IMG/VR virus record: IMGVR_UViG_3300027896_000001
Location: 110,650 to 174,649 of that record
Origin: a virus
Length of the DNA stretch: 64,000 nucleotides
Reading direction: 5' to 3' (one strand)
The position numbers were made by a program, and so were the translations under genes. Positions 49,391-57,857 of this stretch are shown here, in pieces. Numbering within the stretch: position 1 is the first letter of the stretch; the number at the start of each line of letters is the position of its first letter. The notes under the pieces were generated by a model. It was not told where the DNA came from. It saw only the letters and a list, made by a program, of their open reading frames with translations, and ran no database searches.

Positions 49391-49594
49391 AGGTGGCCAG
49401 ACGTCTCCCACATAGCTTACGGAGTTGGGCGAATGACATCGCCGCTACCTGTACCGTATGCATTTAAACCCTGCCGCCTGCAATGCGCGCACCTACAAGC
49501 GGCGCTATTTGCATACCGCCATATATTTAAAATGGGTTCGTCGACATGCCTGTCTCCCCCAAGTCGTGGTATTTCACCGGCGACCCGACCACCT
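49391..49594 (-). ncRNA. About 200-nt RNA with a circularly permuted 23S rRNA L1-stalk-like module
   Basis: 10-bp terminal stem with G-U pairs; GTCGCCGGTGAAATACCACG and GTAAGCTATGTGGGAGAC resemble the two strands of 23S H77/H78. Confidence 0.65.
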
Positions 49595-49868
49595 AATTAA
49601 TATTCAATGTTATCATGATTTTCTTTTTAACAAGACAGTACATGTCTCGTGCGGCATTTGATTCCGGTGTATCAGTTTGAAGATTTTGCCAGTATCCCAG
49701 TTCCTGCATACATTCAGGCAACTCAGGAAATTTAAGAACAATCTGTTTAGCTTTTATTAAGCTTTTGATATAACCGTTTTTTACAACAGTCCTATGTAAA
49801 AATATGATAAGAATAAAAGGTATGAGATACAATATCGCTAATGAAATTATAATTATTTCAGGTTTCAT
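49593..49868 (-). CDS. Hypothetical membrane protein
   Basis: N-terminal transmembrane helix. Confidence 0.55.
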   Translation of the reverse strand: MKPEIIIISLAILYLIPFILIIFLHRTVVKNGYIKSLIKAKQIVLKFPELPECMQELGYWQNLQTDTPESNAARDMYCLVKKKIMITLNIN

Positions 49869-50197
49869 TTAGCCTCCCATTCAGTAAGATCATAATTATC
49901 TTCAATTTTATCAGTAATTTCTTGGACTTTATCCCATCCTATATTATGACCCTGATGCTCTTTATAACGAGCATCTTCAACAGCGTCATAATATTTTATA
50001 AGAAGTTTTAACACTTTAATTGCGTATCGTCTTTCATTTTTTAGAAATTTTATAGCATGCATACAATTTGCTATTTTTTCTTTGTATTTTATCATCCCGT
50101 ATTGAATGGCTGCAACCCATCCCTGCCGGGACAAAGTTTCCCGATCTTTCCAACGCTTATGACATCCTTTAATAATCCACCATTGACGATGATTCAT
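49865..50197 (-). CDS. Hypothetical protein
   Basis: SD AGGAG. Confidence 0.6.
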   Translation of the reverse strand: MNHRQWWIIKGCHKRWKDRETLSRQGWVAAIQYGMIKYKEKIANCMHAIKFLKNERRYAIKVLKLLIKYYDAVEDARYKEHQGHNIGWDKVQEITDKIEDNYDLTEWEAK

Positions 50198-50206
50198 ATT
50201 TTTCTC

Positions 50207-50641
50207 CTAAACTATTTCTGTATTAATAATTATAATGATTTTATCAATCAACCAGTTTTTTGATATTTCCCAAAATTCCTGTGTTGTATTAACTGGGTTA
50301 TGTTTGTATTTTGCATTACTGTCTCTATAAGTTCTGAACTTACCATCAGGATCCATTTTAAGACAATACCATTTTCCATTATCAAATTTTACAAGATCGT
50401 ATTGGCCATAATGCCCCATAAGTCTTCGTTCAGGAATAAAGAGACCTTTTTCTTTTTTTTCTTTAATATCCTGTTTATCTAAAGTTTTTCCACAACGAAG
50501 GCAATAATTAAATCTTTGCCAAACATATGTGAGAATATCATGTTCCATACCGATAACGCTTGTTGCCCTCATGTTTTCTCCGGTATAGGCTTTCATTACG
50601 TTTTTATGCCCCCAGAGAAAACAAATTAATTTTTTAATCAT
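50207..50641 (-). CDS. Hypothetical protein with DUF1660-like Zn site
   Basis: LIC.L.GH ... CLRCG. Confidence 0.6.
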   Translation of the reverse strand: MIKKLICFLWGHKNVMKAYTGENMRATSVIGMEHDILTYVWQRFNYCLRCGKTLDKQDIKEKKEKGLFIPERRLMGHYGQYDLVKFDNGKWYCLKMDPDGKFRTYRDSNAKYKHNPVNTTQEFWEISKNWLIDKIIIIINTEIV

Positions 50642-50853
50642 TAAAAAGCCTCCCAGTATTTTTTATTTACATATGGATGTATCGGGTAAGAGACTCCATC
50701 GGTGTCTTTATAAACACTACCCCATCCAAGACATACGTCACAATTTGAGGTGTCACCATATCCACGAGACAATCTGAATTCTCCACCGCATTGCCAACAT
50801 CTGTGCTTTATGTGAAACATGAATTGAATAAATTGTTTAATTTTTTTAAACAT
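50641..50853 (-). CDS. Hypothetical Zn-finger protein
   Basis: CWQCGG...CDVCLG.G. Confidence 0.6.
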   Translation of the reverse strand: MFKKIKQFIQFMFHIKHRCWQCGGEFRLSRGYGDTSNCDVCLGWGSVYKDTDGVSYPIHPYVNKKYWEAF

Positions 50854-50861
50854 AATCCTCC

Positions 50862-51068
50862 TTATATATCCAGTTTAAATAAATCTTCAAGACTCATTTG
50901 TAAAACTTTTTCACAATCAGATTCAGTGATTTTAACACTGTTCCCATATTGAGTAGCGATTCTAATAAGGTCTTCTTTTGTAATAGGTTTTTTTTCTGAA
51001 CGCAGTTCTCTTTGGGCTAATTCAAGACACCGATACGCGGCCCAAATTTTTTCATTAGAAGTTGCCAT
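50862..51068 (-). CDS. Hypothetical protein
   Basis: Operon packing. Confidence 0.55.
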   Translation of the reverse strand: MATSNEKIWAAYRCLELAQRELRSEKKPITKEDLIRIATQYGNSVKITESDCEKVLQMSLEDLFKLDI

Positions 51069-51069
51069 A

Positions 51070-51516
51070 TTAGCTTATTTCCGGATAATCGTCATTATAA
51101 ATCCATATACCGGCCTCTTTTGCTTCTTCATGCATTCCCATATCTTTGAAAAGTCTTTGAAGCATTTTAAGAATTCCATTGTTAGTTCCAATATCTTTTA
51201 AATCGTCTGAATCGAAATCTGCATCATTTGCACTATCCATTACAAATGAATTATTCATTGATATATCTTCGCCAGCTTGCATGGCTTTTACCATTTTATA
51301 TTGATAATCGTCTTCTGTATAATTGCCTAAATAATCTTCAAGTTCTTGAGCATCGTCTTGATATTCCAATACTTCATGCATTGGGGAATCATAATTTTCT
51401 TTTACTGTATCTTGGATAAAAAGTTTGCATCTGAACAACATATCCAGAAGGGTTCTTTTTATATCCTTTAGCATTCTTTTATTAACTTCAGATTCTGATA
51501 CAACTTGAGTGTCCAT
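51070..51516 (-). CDS. Acidic hypothetical protein
   Basis: Start reassigned to MDTQ after AAAGG; Asp/Glu-rich. Confidence 0.6.
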   Translation of the reverse strand: MDTQVVSESEVNKRMLKDIKRTLLDMLFRCKLFIQDTVKENYDSPMHEVLEYQDDAQELEDYLGNYTEDDYQYKMVKAMQAGEDISMNNSFVMDSANDADFDSDDLKDIGTNNGILKMLQRLFKDMGMHEEAKEAGIWIYNDDYPEIS

Positions 51517-51539
51517 GTTTACCTTTCTAAAAAGAAGAA

Positions 51540-51755
51540 TGGATGTGAAAGTCACTAAAATAAAAGACCAAGGCACTCTCGTACCCTACTAACGCAAAAC
51601 AGACAACACGACAACCTAAGACCGAAGAAAGGTTATCAATATCTTTTTGCTTATGTATTCTACCTTCCCTTGCGGAAAAGATAGCGCCATTATCCGTTTC
51701 TTCAGACGTAAGTCTTAGGAAACGGCAAGAGGACATTGTCGGGCTTTCACATCCA
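51540..51755 (-). ncRNA. About 215-nt structured RNA directly downstream of the DIP1984-like gene
   Basis: 12-bp perfect terminal stem TGGATGTGAAAG/CTTTCACATCCA; CCGTTTC/GAAACGG; pseudoknot CCTAAGAC/GTCTTAGG; GAGA-tetraloop hairpin. Confidence 0.6.
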
Positions 51756-51761
51756 AATTGG

Positions 51762-52202
51762 TTAAATTACGATATCTGTAGTGGCATTGAAAGTATCGAG
51801 TTCGTCGCTGATGTCGTTGATTTCCTGCTGACGGCCGGAAACGATTTCATTCTTGCGGACGCGGGTTAATTGAGAAACATATTCTATTGCGATGTCGTTT
51901 CTCCAGTTTTCCTGGACACCGTTTTTGGGTTCGAGTTCTCTATAGAAATCGAGCAGGGATTTTAGTTCTCCCATCTTAAGGATTTTTCCGAACACCCCAC
52001 CGGCGATGTTTGCTTTCATGACAGCTTCTTTAAGCCCCATCATTTCATTTGTTTTCGCGGCGAGTTCGGCATCAAGTGTATCGAAGAGTTCTTCAAAATC
52101 GTTTCCTTTTACGGTATTAAGAGAGCTTGAAATACGTTTCTTCAACTCTTTGATTTCGCCTTTCAATCTGGCGATCTTTTTTAGTGCTTTTACAATTTTC
52201 AC
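51762..52202 (-). CDS. DIP1984/DUF6847-like coiled-coil protein
   Basis: M....AL.....L...I..L..RI, L...I/V..AN, I..I...LD..NA.T.I pattern. Confidence 0.65.
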   Translation of the reverse strand: MKIVKALKKIARLKGEIKELKKRISSSLNTVKGNDFEELFDTLDAELAAKTNEMMGLKEAVMKANIAGGVFGKILKMGELKSLLDFYRELEPKNGVQENWRNDIAIEYVSQLTRVRKNEIVSGRQQEINDISDELDTFNATTDIVI

Positions 52203-52411
52203 GATTCCTCCTTCTTTAATTGTTTTTGTAATAATTCTTCAAGTTTTGTTGCATTTGGTTCACCTATATTTTTCCATTCACATGTGTTGTCTAAAACTGA
52301 TTCGACAAGGTGCTGCCAATCATGGCAGTATTTACAATAACGATAATGAGCATTTAGTCTCCAATAGAACCAATAATGAATCCCAAACAGTTTGCATAAT
52401 AACCATCTCAT
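52199..52411 (-). CDS. Hypothetical protein (DUF1660-like)
   Basis: LLCKLFG.H.W...R.C..C. Confidence 0.55.
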   Translation of the reverse strand: MRWLLCKLFGIHYWFYWRLNAHYRYCKYCHDWQHLVESVLDNTCEWKNIGEPNATKLEELLQKQLKKEES

Positions 52412-52656
52412 AAATGCTCCATTTGATTTTTTAATTTTGAAGAAATTATATCAACAAATTGAGGATTTAATTCCATTTTTTGTTCTTCTTTTTTTAATTC
52501 TATTTTATGTTGTAATCTTTCAATTTCGGCTTTAATAATCGCTACGCTGTCAGGATTCGTAAAACACATCTGCCAAAGAAAACAAGCGGAAGCCTTGGGA
52601 AGGCTGCATTCATTTTCAACAAATTCGCTAGTAGGATAGTCTTTATCTATGTTCAT
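52408..52656 (-). CDS. Hypothetical protein
   Basis: Overlapping start/stop coupling. Confidence 0.55.
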   Translation of the reverse strand: MNIDKDYPTSEFVENECSLPKASACFLWQMCFTNPDSVAIIKAEIERLQHKIELKKEEQKMELNPQFVDIISSKLKNQMEHL

Positions 52657-52873
52657 CTTCGACTCCTAATTCTTGCGCCAATTGCGCCAGTAAAGTCTGT
52701 CTTTTTGGATTTTCTACAAATTTCTTAATTCCCTCTTCAGTAATTTTTATAATTGATTTAGAAGGTTCACCTAAAACAAATTGCCCCGGTTTGATTACGC
52801 AGTCAAGCCCTGAATGATAACCATATGCTCGCCCGCAATTAGCGCATATATCGATCAACCTATAAGCTGCCAT
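52643..52873 (-). CDS. Hypothetical Zn-binding protein
   Basis: CANCG..YG.H....C. Confidence 0.55.
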   Translation of the reverse strand: MAAYRLIDICANCGRAYGYHSGLDCVIKPGQFVLGEPSKSIIKITEEGIKKFVENPKRQTLLAQLAQELGVEDEHR

Positions 52874-52889
52874 ATTTTTCCTTTCAAAT

Positions 52890-52921
52890 AAAAAAAAGGC
52901 CAGCTGTTACGCTGGCCTTTT
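52890..52921. terminator. Terminator after the RRM gene
   Basis: A8-GGCCAGC-loop-GCTGGCC-T4. Confidence 0.85.
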
Positions 52922-52945
52922 CACTGTCTATATAAACCGAGACGT

Positions 52946-53236
52946 TTATCTGCGGTTGCTTCCCTGGTATTCTTTTTTGGGACGTTCGCGGGCTTCGTTG
53001 ACAGTAAGCGCTCTGCCCGCCACTTCTTTTCCGTTCAGCCCATCGGCAGCAGATTCGGCGTCTGCTATCTTTTCGAACTCCACAAAGCCGAACCCTTTGC
53101 TCTTGCCGCTTTCGCGATCCGTTATTACTTTGGCCGACTTCACGGTCCCAAAGGATGAGAACAACGAAGACAGACCTGCATCATCTACGCTATAGGGAAG
53201 ATTCCCCACATACAATTTTGGCTTATCCATTGACAT
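52946..53236 (-). CDS. RRM (RNP-1) RNA-binding protein
   Basis: KLYVGNL (RNP2), KGFGFVEF (RNP1), L.VNEA. Confidence 0.95.
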   Translation of the reverse strand: MSMDKPKLYVGNLPYSVDDAGLSSLFSSFGTVKSAKVITDRESGKSKGFGFVEFEKIADAESAADGLNGKEVAGRALTVNEARERPKKEYQGSNRR

Positions 53237-53342
53237 TTCTCCTTTTAAATGATTGACAAAAACAGGTGAATTAAATTATTGTTTGGTTCTACTGATATCA
53301 ATTCCTCCATTCTTCAGCAGGTTAAAGATTTATATAAAATAA

Positions 53343-53720
53343 TTAATGTTGTTTCTGTTCTTCGAATAAATCTAATTGAGATCCGTCCTTTTCTCCCGCA
53401 ACGGCAATATGGACTTTAAATACCTGCCCTATATTGCGTTTGTAATATTTATAATCTTGCAGGAAGAATTTGCGAAGTTTTGTGAATAAATCAAGGCTTC
53501 TTGCCTGATGAGCATGAGTGGGTTTCAAGAATATCAACATCATGCATTTTCCGCCAGACGGCAGTCTTATATTACCCTCATCACTTTCGTAAGTAAGAAA
53601 GTATTTAGACAAGTCAGCCTTGTCCACCAGAATCACATCCAGGAGCCTTGCCTCCTCCACTGTCTTTCCTGATTCGTCCCATAATTTCCGACAAGCCTTG
53701 CTGAAATTTATCCTTTCCAT
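53343..53720 (-). CDS. Hypothetical protein
   Basis: SD AGGAGG; overlaps the upstream ORF by about 107 nt. Confidence 0.55.
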   Translation of the reverse strand: MERINFSKACRKLWDESGKTVEEARLLDVILVDKADLSKYFLTYESDEGNIRLPSGGKCMMLIFLKPTHAHQARSLDLFTKLRKFFLQDYKYYKRNIGQVFKVHIAVAGEKDGSQLDLFEEQKQH

Positions 53721-53919
53721 CTGTAATAGCACCTCCTGTAATTTCTTTGATAAATTCTCCCGGATCTTTAGCCATTACTAACATAATAGAACATTTAAGG
53801 TCTTCAGGAATCATATCCGAAATTCCAAGTTTTGCCAATAGTTTTAATAGAGAAGAAAGTGATGCATGGTATAAAGCGCATGTATCACATTGAATGTCTT
53901 CTATTTTCTTTAGTTCCAT
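53614..53919 (-). CDS. Hypothetical protein
   Basis: SD AAGGAG, downstream of a promoter-like motif. Confidence 0.55.
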   Translation of the reverse strand: MELKKIEDIQCDTCALYHASLSSLLKLLAKLGISDMIPEDLKCSIMLVMAKDPGEFIKEITGGAITDGKDKFQQGLSEIMGRIRKDSGGGKAPGCDSGGQG

Positions 53920-53984
53920 AGTTAAAAATCTCCTTTCTATATTAGTTATTTCATAAAATAGTTATTATTAACATAAAAAAAAGA

Positions 53985-54024
53985 ATGCGCGTAACGAAAC
54001 GGTGCATGAAAAAATTACGCGCAC
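53985..54024 (-). terminator. Hairpin and U run after tRNA-Met (terminator or small RNA)
   Basis: TGCGCGTAA/TTACGCGCA with 20-nt loop. Confidence 0.5.
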
Positions 54025-54029
54025 TCCTG

Positions 54030-54101
54030 CTGCAAGAATCCGATTCGAACGGACATCTATGGGTTATGAGCCCAATCGACATACCATTAGTCCACCTTGC
54101 A
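54030..54101 (-). tRNA. tRNA-Met (CAU), initiator-like anticodon stem
   Basis: TGCAAGG/TCTTGCA, GGG-CTCATAA-CCC, TTCGAAT. Confidence 0.88.
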
Positions 54102-54111
54102 ACATCGTTTA

Positions 54112-54516
54112 TTATTTCGCCCGCCTGTGAATGAACATGCATAGGTTTGCCACGTCCACACATGCGTCTTCAACGTTTTTACCTGCATCCATCTCAGCCA
54201 GATTGGATTCGATATTGGTCCTGAAACTCCATGCAGGATCGGTGTCCCAGCCTTTTTTGCCGGCAATGACTTTTTCAGCCAATGTCGATTTCATTTCTTT
54301 GGCAAATGCGTTCACTTCCCGATTAAGCCGTTTGATTTCAGACTCCTGTTCAGGCGTGACTTTTGCTGTCTGTTTTTCTCCGGCTTTTTCAATCTCTTCC
54401 GGAGAAAGACCGCAATGGCCGCATTTTCCTTTTGAATCCAGAGCGACTTCGCCGTCTGTTATATAGCACGGCGCCAACAGGTTCTTTTTCCTTGGACATG
54501 TCTTTTCCTTTGCCAT
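54112..54516 (-). CDS. Hypothetical protein with Zn site and MazG-like C-terminal helices
   Basis: C..CG; FA..M...L..K...GK.GW, DVAN..M; SD AGGAGG. Confidence 0.6.
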   Translation of the reverse strand: MAKEKTCPRKKNLLAPCYITDGEVALDSKGKCGHCGLSPEEIEKAGEKQTAKVTPEQESEIKRLNREVNAFAKEMKSTLAEKVIAGKKGWDTDPAWSFRTNIESNLAEMDAGKNVEDACVDVANLCMFIHRRAK

Positions 54517-54538
54517 TGTCAATCCTCCTTGGATTGGG

Positions 54539-54661
54539 TTAAGATTCGTTGTATTTTTCTTCGTATTGGATAGTATTGTCCCATCCGCAATTCGGGCATG
54601 TCGGGCCATCTTCCCACGGATAGGTATGCCCGCATTCTGAACAAACCATATCTGCCGGCAT
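54539..54661 (-). CDS. 40-aa Zn-ribbon protein (not in the ORF track)
   Basis: MPADMVCSECGHTYPWEDGPTCPNCG...; SD GGAGG. Confidence 0.7.
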   Translation of the reverse strand: MPADMVCSECGHTYPWEDGPTCPNCGWDNTIQYEEKYNES

Positions 54662-54662
54662 C

Positions 54663-54959
54663 TTAAGCCTCCGTTTCTAAATCTATAGCAGCTTTAAGTT
54701 CTGCTTCTTCTGCAGCTTTTTTTTCTGCATCTTTTTTATCTTTGTGTCTTTTTCTTCGAAGTTTTTCATTGTCCACCGTTTTAATTATCGCTTCGAGATT
54801 GTGAGGAACATTAAGCTTTTTGCAAATATTGATTATATCGGTAATGGCTTTTTGTGCAGCCTCAATTCGCATTTCATCGCCTGGTTTTGAAATATATTCA
54901 TCAAGATTTTTACGGCGACGAACACAAGCGTTTTGCTGCCTTGCTAACCTTTTATTCAT
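54663..54959 (-). CDS. Hypothetical protein
   Basis: Coupled to the upstream gene. Confidence 0.6.
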   Translation of the reverse strand: MNKRLARQQNACVRRRKNLDEYISKPGDEMRIEAAQKAITDIINICKKLNVPHNLEAIIKTVDNEKLRRKRHKDKKDAEKKAAEEAELKAAIDLETEA

Positions 54960-55177
54960 TTTATATCGTATTCTCCTTTCCTTTCTTTACTTAATTCATT
55001 TGTCATAAGATTCAATGTTTCGAGAAACAACGGGTCTTTCGGATATTTTCTGGCCCACTTATCAAGAAGATTTATCATCTTTAGGGCTGTTTCTCTGAAT
55101 CGAATAATAATTTCACACGCTTTGTCAAATTTATTTTCAGGTTCAATAACCTGAGTTTCGTCATCTTTTTCAGCCAT
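54956..55177 (-). CDS. Hypothetical protein
   Basis: SD GAGG. Confidence 0.6.
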   Translation of the reverse strand: MAEKDDETQVIEPENKFDKACEIIIRFRETALKMINLLDKWARKYPKDPLFLETLNLMTNELSKERKGEYDIK

Positions 55178-55838
55178 GTTTTTTCCTCATTTTAAAATCT
55201 TTAGGAAGCAGATTCGGATATTCCTTATCAACTTCTTCCAAGACTTCCTCCATAAATTTAGTTGTTTTTTCAGGAGGATCAGTGATAAATTTTTCAGGGA
55301 CAAGTTCTTTTCTCTGAAGAATATCGATTATCAAAGATGAGGCAAAACCCTGAGCTACCGAATCTTTAATAAACCCTTCAACTGGAACAGGGTCGTTTTC
55401 CATTTTTTTAGATATTATTACTTTTTTATTTTTTATTTTATAAGGAATTACTATCAGCCTTTCGTTATTGACATTCTTAAAATCAATAACAGAAATAACC
55501 AACGCTTCTTGTTTTTTATTGGGTGGAGATTTTTTGAATTTTTCCCAATGTTCCATAACGTATTGAGCGTCTTTTTTATTTGAACATTTTGTAAGGAATG
55601 AGTCAGAAACAAATATTATTTGATGCGCTTTTTTATCATAAGTAAGTTTCCCAATTTGTTTACACATATTTTCTTTTTCTTCATCGCCCATAAATGGAGT
55701 AAAAACAACACTTATTTCTTTTTCGCTTAATATATTAAAATTAGTAGCAAATTTTTTGTTTTTTTCCCTTGTAACAATCAAGCCTTCAGTAGAGGCTTTT
55801 ACAATATCATTTATTATATCAGTTGTTATTTCCGGCAT
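55170..55838 (-). CDS. Hypothetical protein
   Basis: 222 aa, SD AGGAGG. Confidence 0.7.
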   Translation of the reverse strand: MPEITTDIINDIVKASTEGLIVTREKNKKFATNFNILSEKEISVVFTPFMGDEEKENMCKQIGKLTYDKKAHQIIFVSDSFLTKCSNKKDAQYVMEHWEKFKKSPPNKKQEALVISVIDFKNVNNERLIVIPYKIKNKKVIISKKMENDPVPVEGFIKDSVAQGFASSLIIDILQRKELVPEKFITDPPEKTTKFMEEVLEEVDKEYPNLLPKDFKMRKKHG

Positions 55839-55866
55839 TTACACCTCCTATTAATATGAATAGATC

Positions 55867-56025
55867 TTATTTTAATAAATCATCAACAATCTTCATATGC
55901 AATATATTATTTAACTTTTCAAAAAATAGAAATATAATGCATTTTTTTTCTTCCGCTTTCCACCATTGACATTTATCCTCGTCACAATCAAAACCTTTTT
56001 TAAGCGGACAAGTTTGCGCTGGCAT
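55867..56025 (-). CDS. Small Cys-rich protein
   Basis: CPL....C....C.WW......C; SD AAGGAG. Confidence 0.6.
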   Translation of the reverse strand: MPAQTCPLKKGFDCDEDKCQWWKAEEKKCIIFLFFEKLNNILHMKIVDDLLK

Positions 56026-56064
56026 AAAACTCCTTTTGTTAAAATAAATACCGCTCTTATTATT

Positions 56065-56195
56065 GATGCTGCCCCGGCGGGGTTTGGACCCCCGCAGGGC
56101 TGGCATCCTGTAATTTTTTTGGGCGAGCCTCTTTGTTCCCGAGGGTAGCCGTTACCGGCAGAAGCGGCCACAGACTGTATGCGGGTTAGACAGAG
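56065..56195 (-). ncRNA. Two adjacent structured RNA candidates
   Basis: GATGC..GCCC..GCGGGG/CCCCGC..GGGC..GCATC hairpin (56065-56107) and GTGGCCG/CGGCTAC plus CCTC/GAGG unit (56121-56195). Confidence 0.4.
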
Positions 56196-56209
56196 AAGAT
56201 TTTGTTTTA

Positions 56210-56809
56210 TTAGGCAAGCCCCTTATCTTTAAATCTTTGATACGCATCTATCATGTCTTTATTAGATGGGTAAAAATACCAGTTTGTCATATCAGAAAAT
56301 TTTACAAGAAGTTGGTTTGATGGACTTCCAGAAAACCATTCATAAAGCTGTATCATAAAATGGTTTTCTGGAGCTTTAGACAGAACCTGGCCTTGCCACT
56401 TTACCTTTCCATTTTCATGGAAAGATAAAAACCATTTTCCAACTATATGATCTTCAGGTTGTTTTGGATTTAAATAATTCATAAAAATATTAAATAAATC
56501 CTCAGCAAGATTTTCTGCATTTTTAAAATCTCGGGTTAATGGTATTTTAGTCCATCCTACAAATGTACTGCTCTTACTACTCATATGTATAAATTGTTTT
56601 AATTCTAATATTTTTCTTATTTCAAAATTAATTTCTTCACGGTTATTATGAATCACTTGGCGCCTGCCAGGTGACAATGTTATACAATCCCAGTGAACTT
56701 CCGCGAATGGTCTTTTTGTTTTATAAATTGTTATAACCGGGATATCTTTCTTTTCTGCATCATTAAAAGCTTCAGAATCTTCATTCTTTTTTTTTATTAT
56801 ATAATACAT
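56210..56809 (-). CDS. Hypothetical protein
   Basis: 199 aa, SD GAGG. Confidence 0.65.
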   Translation of the reverse strand: MYYIIKKKNEDSEAFNDAEKKDIPVITIYKTKRPFAEVHWDCITLSPGRRQVIHNNREEINFEIRKILELKQFIHMSSKSSTFVGWTKIPLTRDFKNAENLAEDLFNIFMNYLNPKQPEDHIVGKWFLSFHENGKVKWQGQVLSKAPENHFMIQLYEWFSGSPSNQLLVKFSDMTNWYFYPSNKDMIDAYQRFKDKGLA

Positions 56810-56823
56810 AAAATCCTCTCTGT

Positions 56824-57165
56824 TTAAATGAATTTAATCCGTACTTCGCAAACACGGCGTCCCCATCCTTTTACTTCCTTTATTTTCGCAAGGACATTGT
56901 AAACGCCGTCGCCAACGCCTGTTGACACCAATACGCCAAGTCCTGGATGTCCTGCAGGGTAGTTAAACTGCATAACAGTAGGGCCTTTTGAATAATCGAT
57001 CCTGTCACAAAACTCAGACCAATTATGCCCAAGGACCTTTGCGTTTGCTTCTTTTTCCGCGCCTTCTTTATGAAGGATATAACACGGATCGCCGATCCAG
57101 CAAAGACCGGCATCTACGCCGATAACGCCAATTTGTTCAAAGCCTTTTTCCATATATTCCTCCAT
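56824..57165 (-). CDS. DUF4241-like hypothetical protein
   Basis: IGVDAG...IGDPCY, STG.GDG.Y.V. Confidence 0.65.
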   Translation of the reverse strand: MEEYMEKGFEQIGVIGVDAGLCWIGDPCYILHKEGAEKEANAKVLGHNWSEFCDRIDYSKGPTVMQFNYPAGHPGLGVLVSTGVGDGVYNVLAKIKEVKGWGRRVCEVRIKFI

Positions 57166-57344
57166 GAGTTAAATATGATTCGTTTTGTTTTGCATAAGAA
57201 TATTCTTAAAGGAAGGTATTTGGAAATACGCACATACTTAACCTTGCGCCATGTTCCGTCTGGAAATTTTTCTATTCCAATCATCCTGTTTTTATTTATT
57301 ATACATAAACGACTTTGTGAATAAACCTCGTTTATCTTATCCAT
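57114..57344 (-). CDS. Hypothetical protein
   Basis: Operon packing. Confidence 0.4.
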   Translation of the reverse strand: MDKINEVYSQSRLCIINKNRMIGIEKFPDGTWRKVKYVRISKYLPLRIFLCKTKRIIFNSWRNIWKKALNKLALSA

Positions 57345-57655
57345 TTTATTTCTTCAGGACATAGAGATTTCGCAATAACATCAGCGATATAATCGCACAT
57401 ATTGTATCTTTTTTTTCTTCGCGCAAATTCATGCGCATCGCATAAATAATGTCCAAATAAATGCGCTGCATGCCATTTGCTTGTTATTCCACGAACAGGC
57501 CTTACACGTATCTGATGTATTGAAGTTACGTCGCATCTGTCTGTTGTAAAAAATTTAACTATTCGTGGCGTCCCCAATGTTATGGAAGTTTGATAACTGA
57601 AATGTTTACCAAAGAGTTTTCTTAATTCTTTTTTAACCTCTAAGTATGACGACAT
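57332..57655 (-). CDS. Hypothetical protein (possible HxxGH metal site)
   Basis: AAHLFGHY; SD AAGGAG. Confidence 0.55.
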   Translation of the reverse strand: MSSYLEVKKELRKLFGKHFSYQTSITLGTPRIVKFFTTDRCDVTSIHQIRVRPVRGITSKWHAAHLFGHYLCDAHEFARRKKRYNMCDYIADVIAKSLCPEEIKWIR

Positions 57656-57676
57656 GAAGTTCTCCTTTAATTGAAG

Positions 57677-57750
57677 GGCCGGCCGCACCGCGCCCTTATC
57701 GTGCATTCGCAGTAGTGGTTATACGTTTGCACTTTACGGTACGACCAGCC
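57677..57750 (-). ncRNA. Hairpin RNA candidate (array C, unit 7)
   Basis: 15-bp stem GGCTGGTCGTACCGT/GCGGTGCGGCCGGCC with four G-U pairs; inner GTGCA/TGCAC. Confidence 0.6.
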
Positions 57751-57766
57751 GGATAAATAAAAAAAG

Positions 57767-57840
57767 GCCAGGTGCAACAAAGTTAAACCACATCCTGCAA
57801 GGACTGGTACAGCCTCAAGATATGGCAAAATGCACCTGGC
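57767..57840 (-). ncRNA. Three-way junction RNA candidate (array C, unit 6)
   Basis: GCCAGGTGCA/TGCACCTGGC; U run. Confidence 0.6.
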
Positions 57841-57857
57841 ACATGTTTTGTAAAAAA

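Noticed and set aside
51567-51590. Sarcin-ricin loop mimic (GTACGAGAG)
   Set aside because: Flanks pair fully as AGGGTAC-GAGA-GTGCCTT, so the bulged-G motif is absent; ordinary GNRA hairpin
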